The position numbers were made by a program, and so were the translations under genes. The notes under the pieces were generated by a model that saw only the letters and a list, made by a program, of their open reading frames with translations, was not told the origin of the DNA and did no database searches. A DNA stretch of 64,000 nucleotides from a virus (lineage: Duplodnaviria > Heunggongvirae > Uroviricota > Caudoviricetes): IMG/VR virus record IMGVR_UViG_2778261035_000005. One strand, 5' to 3'. Below are positions 57,649 through 64,000 of the stretch, one piece after another; the stretch's first letter is position 1; each line of letters starts with the position of its first letter.

Positions 57649-58779
57649 GTGATTACTTATCTTTGTGAGGTTTTTGTGTCACTCCTTTTGAATCGTGAGC
57701 ATACGAACGGTCAGGTAACAAACGCATCGTATGCAAAAGTTATTGAGACGGTGCTTAAAAGCGGCGTGCAGGCTGATGATCGCACAGGCACTGGTACTTT
57801 AAGCACCTGCTACGTTCCCTCTTACTACATGCTTACTGGTGGGACTGTGCCGCTTATTTCTGGAAAGGCGGTAAATCTTAAGCCACTGCTTGTCGAACTT
57901 GAGTGGTATCTGAAAGGCACGGGCAACATCCAATTTCTCAAGGATAACGGCGTTAAGATTTGGGATGCATGGGCCGATGAGAATGGCGATTTGGGGCCAG
58001 TTTACGGTAAGCAGTGGCGTCGATGGGAAGATACCCGCATCGTGAGCCATAGTGAATATCTGAGCAAGATCGCTACTTTCCGTGAACGCGGGTACAAAGT
58101 CGAGGGATACCTAGGTATCAGTGAAGATCGCGTAGTGCTGTCCCGTGAAATCGATCAGCTACAGCGTATTGTCGATACACTGCGCACGAACCCTACCGAT
58201 CGTCGCATCATGCTTAACGCATGGAACGTAGGCGAGCTTGAGGATATGAAACTGCCACCTTGCCACTTTGTCTTCTCTTTGTGGAGTCGTGAGCTTGATT
58301 TTGAAACCCGTTTAACGATGGCAACTGACATTGGTCTTCAACACAGTCGCCTCGGTTACGAGTCTATCTACACCAAGATGCTATACGATCTGGAGATGGA
58401 CGGCAGTGTTACTGAAGCTGAACTGGATGAACTTGGAATCCCCAAACGCATCCTCAACTCCTGCCTCGTACAGCGTAGCGTAGACACTTTTGTTGGTATG
58501 CCATTCAATATTGCTGGCTATGGCATTCTCACTCATTTTCTCGCGAAGATTACGGGTCACATGGCCGGTGCATTTGTGCATTTTGGCTTTGACGTGCATT
58601 TGTACAATAACCACATGGAAAGTGTGCGTGAGCTAATGCAACGACAGGCTCCAGAGCATTCAGATCCGGTCGTTATATTCCCTAATGAATGGTCTGAGCT
58701 GGATGATTTCAAATGGGACGAGATTCTTATTCTTGGCTATGCCCCTCTACCGTGGATCAAGGTTCCAGTGGCGGTGTGA
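57649..58779 (+). CDS. thyA: Thymidylate synthase
   Basis: DRTGTGT, YGKQWR, RRIMLNAWN and catalytic LPPCH motifs; no in-frame ATG near the 5-prime end, so the start (GTG 57649, GTG 57676 or TTG 57688) is uncertain. Confidence 0.85.
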   Translation: MITYLCEVFVSLLLNREHTNGQVTNASYAKVIETVLKSGVQADDRTGTGTLSTCYVPSYYMLTGGTVPLISGKAVNLKPLLVELEWYLKGTGNIQFLKDNGVKIWDAWADENGDLGPVYGKQWRRWEDTRIVSHSEYLSKIATFRERGYKVEGYLGISEDRVVLSREIDQLQRIVDTLRTNPTDRRIMLNAWNVGELEDMKLPPCHFVFSLWSRELDFETRLTMATDIGLQHSRLGYESIYTKMLYDLEMDGSVTEAELDELGIPKRILNSCLVQRSVDTFVGMPFNIAGYGILTHFLAKITGHMAGAFVHFGFDVHLYNNHMESVRELMQRQAPEHSDPVVIFPNEWSELDDFKWDEILILGYAPLPWIKVPVAV

Positions 58780-58780
58780 T

Positions 58781-59194
58781 ATGGCAAGAGGTATGTATGT
58801 CTTATGCGAAATTGAAGGTGTGCTGGCAAATACCAGCCATCGTAAATCTGTATCTGACTCGGATGCAGGCCAATTCATTGCCGGTGATGAACTCATTTTC
58901 CCCACCAGCCGTATGTTGCGTGGTTTTGCTCGCTCAGGGGCTGAAGTGGTGCTTATCAGTAGCCGCTCTGAAACTCTTGAAGCGCCCACTAAACGATGGC
59001 TGAAAGATTTTGGTGTTGATTACGACTGGCTTCATCTCGTACCGAATAGCACTAGTTATGAGAAGCATATTAAGCGCACATTAGCGGAGCATAAAGGCGA
59101 TCTGCTTATCGCTGCGCTGGTGCACGATCCTCGACTCCGTGCCGCTTTAGCTGACTCTCATCATAGACCGGTCATCTATGAGGTGAGCAAATGA
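58781..59194 (+). CDS. Hypothetical protein
   Basis: ATG at 58781 two bases after the thyA stop; 137 aa; no confident motif. Confidence 0.4.
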   Translation: MARGMYVLCEIEGVLANTSHRKSVSDSDAGQFIAGDELIFPTSRMLRGFARSGAEVVLISSRSETLEAPTKRWLKDFGVDYDWLHLVPNSTSYEKHIKRTLAEHKGDLLIAALVHDPRLRAALADSHHRPVIYEVSK

Positions 59195-59667
59195 AGATGA
59201 TAGCTGCTGTTGGCCGTAACTATGAGATCGGCATAGCGAACGAACTGCCCTGGCGTTGTTCTACCGATCTGAAGCTATTTAAGAGACTCACCAAAAACGC
59301 CACTGTCGTTATGGGGCGTAAAACGATGGAAAGTCTCAAACGCCCTCTTCCAGAGCGTCATAACCTCGTTTTGACGCGCTCTCATGGCTTTGTACCAAAT
59401 GGATTCTACCCTGCTGGTGTGGATGATGTGTTGCGATTACCAGAGCCTGTGTGGGTGATTGGCGGGGAACAAATTTACTCGCTATTCATGCCGCATGTTG
59501 AAGAGATTTGGCTCTCCCACATCGGCGTTGATGTGCCAAACGCCGATGCATTCTTCCCGGCAAGCATGATGCGTAATTTAGGCTTTGTGCCTGTTGAAAC
59601 AGCTTATACCCAACGAGCCAGCGAGGAAGAGCCTGGCTTTTCGCAGATCGTATACAGAAGGTCGTAA
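59191..59667 (+). CDS. folA: Dihydrofolate reductase
   Basis: MIAAVGRNYEIG...LPW...DLKLFK...VVMGRKT...GGEQIY pattern; 158 aa. Confidence 0.85.
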   Translation: MKMIAAVGRNYEIGIANELPWRCSTDLKLFKRLTKNATVVMGRKTMESLKRPLPERHNLVLTRSHGFVPNGFYPAGVDDVLRLPEPVWVIGGEQIYSLFMPHVEEIWLSHIGVDVPNADAFFPASMMRNLGFVPVETAYTQRASEEEPGFSQIVYRRS

Positions 59668-60311
59668 TGGATTACCGGATTGGGATCACTGGTGCTCAGG
59701 GCAGTGGGAAAACAACCCTGGCTAAATATATCGACAAACATTACGGAATCCCTTACGTGGATGCTGGTGTCGGAAGTTTGATGAGCCGCCTCGGTGTTCG
59801 AGTAGGTGAGTCTATGCCTCTATATGAGCGGCTTCAGATTCAAATGGAAATAGCAAAGCATATAGAGCTACTTACACGTGGTGTTGAAGGCTTTGTTATC
59901 GATCGCACACCTGCTGATGTTATGGCCTACACGTTGGATTTGGTCGGCCATACAAATGAAGATCGGTGTATTGAGTTAGCCCTCGATATCGAAAAGTTTT
60001 GCCACAAAACTGCTATTTCAAACTTTAACGCCATTGCTGGCCTACGCCCGGGGGTCGCTCTCTCAGAGCGAGATTACTTGCGGTCACAACGAGCATCATT
60101 AGACCGTCTGTATGTCGCTCGTATTGATGCGTTGATGTGCGGGGAACTGACAAAAATTCACCTGCATCCGCAAAGGGGAGATCTGCAAACCTTCGTCGTT
60201 TCCAACCGGTATCGCACAGTTGAAGCAAGAGCCAGATCAGTAATGAGAATGCTCGATAACGCGGTAGAAAAGATAGAAAACCGCTTCTGTGGCCGAGTTA
60301 CCGTTCATTAG
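59667..60311 (+). CDS. P-loop (deoxy)nucleotide kinase-like protein
   Basis: Walker A GITGAQGSGKTT and downstream DR motif; substrate not assignable. Confidence 0.5.
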   Translation: MDYRIGITGAQGSGKTTLAKYIDKHYGIPYVDAGVGSLMSRLGVRVGESMPLYERLQIQMEIAKHIELLTRGVEGFVIDRTPADVMAYTLDLVGHTNEDRCIELALDIEKFCHKTAISNFNAIAGLRPGVALSERDYLRSQRASLDRLYVARIDALMCGELTKIHLHPQRGDLQTFVVSNRYRTVEARARSVMRMLDNAVEKIENRFCGRVTVH

Positions 60312-60372
60312 AAATTGTTCGCCTCTTCGACATTGCGACAATAAAACTCTCAAAATGGGTTAAGGATAAAAA

Positions 60373-60792
60373 ATGTTTAGTGAACTGTTGCTTGAAGATG
60401 AACTGGATCGGAAAACAACAGAGGCTTTGATTCGTGTAGCGGACGAACATTCACGGTCGCTTATGAGCGATCGAGAGGCTCGTCTGGCTATTCGTGCCAT
60501 ATTCGAAACTGTGCAGGGGCTTGTTGGCGCACAAGTAGGTGAAGCCATTAACATCGCCATGTCTCAGTTCAGTGAAGGCAGTAAAAAGCCTCTGTTTCCT
60601 ATGCATTTGATGCTGGCTGGTGGCACGGTGCTTTATATCTCTGTTTGTCTGGATAGCAACCAAATCAATATTCTCAATACTGCGTCAGGTAAGTGGAAAG
60701 ATCCGATGGTCTGTGAAACCAGTGAAGAAACTTTGAAAAAAGCGGCTCAATTTGTACGTAGCGCACTACTTAAGGGCGCTAAGAAGTTGTAA
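60373..60792 (+). CDS. Hypothetical protein
   Basis: 139-aa ORF; no recognisable motif. Confidence 0.45.
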   Translation: MFSELLLEDELDRKTTEALIRVADEHSRSLMSDREARLAIRAIFETVQGLVGAQVGEAINIAMSQFSEGSKKPLFPMHLMLAGGTVLYISVCLDSNQINILNTASGKWKDPMVCETSEETLKKAAQFVRSALLKGAKKL

Positions 60793-60801
60793 GGAGTTCT
60801 G

Positions 60802-61359
60802 ATGACAACGATTGTTGCAGGCATCGATATCGAGTCTACGGGACTGGATTTCTTTGCTGGTCATAAAATTATTGAAATCGCAATTACCCGCTATGAACTG
60901 GAGACACAGAGACATATTGATAGTCTGGAGATGCGTTTTAACCCTCGCAGAAACATAGATCCGAAAGCTCAAGCCGTTCATGGCATTTCATTAGAACAGC
61001 TCGCAGCTGAACCTTTGTTGTCAAATCATGCCAGCGAAATTGGCGCTTATATGGGGGCATGTAGTGCGTGGATTGCTCATAACGGCGAAGCGTTTGATAT
61101 ACCATTTATTCGACACGAGTTTTCAGGGTATGGAGTAAGACTGCCAGACGTTCCCGTTATAGATACTATGTTATCGGGATTGTGGGCCACAGAAGACGGT
61201 AAACGTCCTCGCCTTGAAGAATTGGCCTTCTCTCTTGGCTTTATATACGATCATGCCAAAGCACATAGTGCCTTATATGACACAAACTTAATGATGCAAT
61301 GCTTCTTTAAGGCACGTAATAAATACGGATTTTTTAAATTACCCTCTGAAATTGTGTAA
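60802..61359 (+). CDS. DEDDh 3-prime to 5-prime exonuclease (DnaQ/epsilon-like proofreading subunit)
   Basis: Exo I DIESTGL, Exo II HNGEAFDIPF, Exo III HSALYD. Confidence 0.8.
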   Translation: MTTIVAGIDIESTGLDFFAGHKIIEIAITRYELETQRHIDSLEMRFNPRRNIDPKAQAVHGISLEQLAAEPLLSNHASEIGAYMGACSAWIAHNGEAFDIPFIRHEFSGYGVRLPDVPVIDTMLSGLWATEDGKRPRLEELAFSLGFIYDHAKAHSALYDTNLMMQCFFKARNKYGFFKLPSEIV

Positions 61360-61364
61360 AACAA

Positions 61365-61403
61365 AAGCCTGCTTTAAAGAGAGTTTGAAGCAGGCTTTCT
61401 TTT
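61365..61403 (+). terminator. Rho-independent terminator (GCCTGCTT family)
   Basis: AAGCCTGCTT - 13-nt loop - AAGCAGGCTT followed by TCTTTT. Confidence 0.7.
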
Positions 61404-61519
61404 AAAGAACAGTCGCCTTTCAATCATTTCCTGCCTGTATTTAATACTTTTCCGCCTGATAGGTTTAGTCAAAATGTAGCCATCGAAACGCAAATGCAAC
61501 TAAACAGAAGGAGACTTAC

Positions 61520-62329
61520 ATGAGTTCGGTTGAAAATGTAATGACAAATGATGATCTGGATGAGCTGACAGCCATGTTGCAATCACTTGATGAACCAGTA
61601 AAAAAAGCTGCACAGGTTGAAAATACTGATGATATTGACGATCTGCTTCTCGGCCTCGATGCTGGCGTAGCCATGAGTTCTGATGATGTTGCCGAAGAAC
61701 AGTTCAATGAAGAAAAAGCAGGTGATTTCAGCTCCGCTTTAAATGAGTTGGAGTTAGCTCATGAGCCTATAAACGTAATTAAGGCTGAAAGTGTTGAATC
61801 TGCCGAAAACGAGCCAGAACAATTGGGATTTATTGAGGTTGAAGAGTGTGTTGAGGTTAATGATGAATTAAAAGTTCAACAGTCAAATGATAGCAATACA
61901 AATAAAAAAGCTCGTACTGCAAGAGGTCCTCGTTTTACTTTAAGTGATAAAGATGATTTGTTTTTCAATAAAGCAGGCTTAGAAAAAGATATTTTCTTAG
62001 ACGCTTACGAAAACGCGCCTGTCAAAGCAAAGGATAAGATATTAAACCTTCTTAATTGGTTTAGCGGAGGTCCAGATATTAGTGTTTACACGGTAATTTC
62101 CATGAGACACCTTCTCACAGAAAAGAAGGCTACAAGTAATAGTATTAAGATTGCTTTAATGAGCAATCCAGAAAAACCGTATCCGCTTAACACTGCGTCA
62201 ACTCAGGCTGGGCAAATGATGGCTGTATTTCCAGCTACAGGAATTGCTGTTAGAGACGGTGGAAATCTAACATTGAACGAAGAATCACCGATCGTTAAGA
62301 AGTTTGTCGCGGAGTACACTATTGGATGA
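61520..62329 (+). CDS. Hypothetical acidic protein
   Basis: 269 aa, strongly Asp/Glu-rich N-terminal half; no recognisable motif. Confidence 0.45.
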   Translation: MSSVENVMTNDDLDELTAMLQSLDEPVKKAAQVENTDDIDDLLLGLDAGVAMSSDDVAEEQFNEEKAGDFSSALNELELAHEPINVIKAESVESAENEPEQLGFIEVEECVEVNDELKVQQSNDSNTNKKARTARGPRFTLSDKDDLFFNKAGLEKDIFLDAYENAPVKAKDKILNLLNWFSGGPDISVYTVISMRHLLTEKKATSNSIKIALMSNPEKPYPLNTASTQAGQMMAVFPATGIAVRDGGNLTLNEESPIVKKFVAEYTIG

Positions 62330-62512
62330 CGTTCCCCTACTGAAAATAAAGCCCATAGAGAGCTTTATAGTGCTGGGTAAGCCAATCACATACCCAGCAC
62401 CACAAAAACGCGCCAGAGAGCTTCTTGTTCGCATTTCTGGCGCGTTTTATTTGATTACCATACATAAAATCAAATGCAAAAATAGGTAATCACTTACCTA
62501 TCGAGAAAGAAG

Positions 62513-63106
62513 ATGATTGCAGCCGAAAAAATCAAACAGCGAAAGCGCGACAACTCTCTTCGTGACCTCTGGAGAACACCTGATTGGCTGTTTTCTGCCA
62601 TTCAACGTTATCTTGGAGTGACATTTGATGTTGACGTTGCCTGCAACAAGGACAACGCAAAGCTGCCTAATTTCATAGGCATTGAGCGTGATGCTTTGAA
62701 ATCTGAATGGGGACAGCCAGGTACAATTGCCTTCCTCAATCCACCCTACTCCAAAATCTCCCCCTGGATTGATGCTGCTATACGTGAGCAGGCTCGCGGA
62801 GTTACAACAGTGATGCTAATTCCTCAATCCCTCGATACAAAGTGGTATGAGCGTGCAACAGAGTATGCGAATGAGACGATTATTCTGTCTGGTGGCCGCG
62901 TAGCGTTTGTCGAGCCTGACGTAAATCTGGGTCAGGTAGAAGTAAACATCAACCCAGGTGGCAGTATGCTCGTTGTTTTTCGAGGATTCTGTCAGGACGC
63001 TGGGCACTCTATAAGCAAGATCCCTTTGGACGTCATGAAAAGTCTGGGAGGGTATGATCCTGCGAATGTGATCAGGAAAAAAAGACCATCAAAGAAGGCT
63101 GCTTAG
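62513..63106 (+). CDS. Phage-type DNA N6-adenine methyltransferase (Dam-like)
   Basis: WRTPDWLF, FDVDVACN and catalytic NPPY in the order typical of phage N6A methyltransferases; no adjacent restriction gene. Confidence 0.75.
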   Translation: MIAAEKIKQRKRDNSLRDLWRTPDWLFSAIQRYLGVTFDVDVACNKDNAKLPNFIGIERDALKSEWGQPGTIAFLNPPYSKISPWIDAAIREQARGVTTVMLIPQSLDTKWYERATEYANETIILSGGRVAFVEPDVNLGQVEVNINPGGSMLVVFRGFCQDAGHSISKIPLDVMKSLGGYDPANVIRKKRPSKKAA

Positions 63107-63128
63107 TTTGTTCTGGCGTCTGTAATTA

Positions 63129-63191
63129 GCCTGCTTCTGTATATATAAATAACTACATATTAATTATTAATATACGGAAGCAGGCTGTTTT
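63129..63191 (+). terminator. Long-stem rho-independent terminator (GCCTGCTT family)
   Basis: GCCTGCTTCTGTATATA - AT-rich loop - TATACGGAAGCAGGC then TGTTTT; near-copy of the element at 15196-15256. Confidence 0.65.
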
Positions 63192-63291
63192 GTATCAGAG
63201 ACTCCAGACCTGAACATCACTACAGAATCCACTAGAACCCCTTCCCAGACGCTTTAAAATCGATTTTATGAACCACTTTAAGGAAACCAAC

Positions 63292-63522
63292 ATGTCATAC
63301 CCGACTAATGTCGTTGCGCTCGTAGAGAGCGATTTTCTGGCCCAGGCTCGTGAAATGATGAAAGATCGTGAGCAGGCTTTCAACTTGTACGAATGGGCAA
63401 TTAAGTGCTTGCATCTTGGCGAGCATCGCGAACTTGTTGAACAGCTTTTAGGTGAGTTGATCAATGAGGTGTTTGCCTTGAATGTTCAACTACATGGTAG
63501 AGAAAATAATCAATCACAATGA
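63292..63522 (+). CDS. Hypothetical small protein
   Basis: ATG at 63292 after AAGGAAA; 76 aa. Confidence 0.4.
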   Translation: MSYPTNVVALVESDFLAQAREMMKDREQAFNLYEWAIKCLHLGEHRELVEQLLGELINEVFALNVQLHGRENNQSQ

Positions 63523-64000
63523 TAGATAAGTACAAACCATTCATAAAGTGAATTGTAAGTGCTAAGATCTGATAGTTTCCAGTCGTAGACTGGAGACTCG
63601 ACCTGATGGGTGGGGGTAAGCGTCACTGGCGTCAGGTTTAAAAAAGCTCACTACCAGCGTAGAACTGGTGCCGTTTAGGTGTCGGGGAAGGGGGAACCAA
63701 AGTGAGCAGAGACAAGGGTCACTTTATGATTGTCGAGTCTGGGGTGTTTCGAGAGGTTGAATCCAGTACTCCCCTTCATAAAGTGTGGGAAGATCTCGGT
63801 TCTGGGGTGCTGTCATCCATAACTTCCCAAGTCTAAGCTGGCAGTAGACTTAGACCATAACTTTTCAGGTTATGAAACGACCAGGTTGGTGAGAGATTTT
63901 TATACTCACCTCCCTGGGAGAGTATTACCTGAAAAGACAACCTCTCACTTCGTTCGAGGTGAACTTCACTCACTTCGTTCGTTCAGTTCAGGTTTATAAA

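Overview
This 64-kb window reads as a contiguous stretch of a tailed-phage genome (siphovirus-type, lambda-like tail tip genes) that also carries plasmid-maintenance functions, i.e. a probable phage-plasmid; the architecture resembles SSU5/pHCM2-type elements, but that is from memory, not a search. Order along the window: tail tip module K-I-J and a large side tail fibre (1-10171); a lysis cassette with overlapping Rz/Rz1 (10374-11792); a GNAT/DUF1778 toxin-antitoxin pair and a ParA/ParG-like partition locus (11824-13968); an AT-rich two-gene membrane operon of unknown function (14020-15187); replication genes (helicase, primase, ligase); a cluster of likely morons (secreted Sel1-repeat protein, lipoprotein); three tRNAs with flanking hairpins; an island with a large membrane protein, glutaredoxin, tyrosine recombinase and XRE regulator; a CobT/CobS-like VWA plus AAA+ pair; DnaE-type polymerase; an opposite-strand DUF4365-like gene; SSB, flap nuclease, RecA-like recombinase; an SPFH lipoprotein; an iteron-type Rep replicon with a GATC cluster and DnaA box; SbcCD, RuvC-like resolvase; and a nucleotide-metabolism block (NrdAB, MazG-like, ThyA, DHFR, kinase, DnaQ-like exonuclease, Dam-like methyltransferase). 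The strongest candidates for undescribed systems are the AT-rich membrane operon, the DUF4365-like orphan gene and the membrane protein beside the tRNAs. All calls rest on motif reading and gene context only; no database search was possible.
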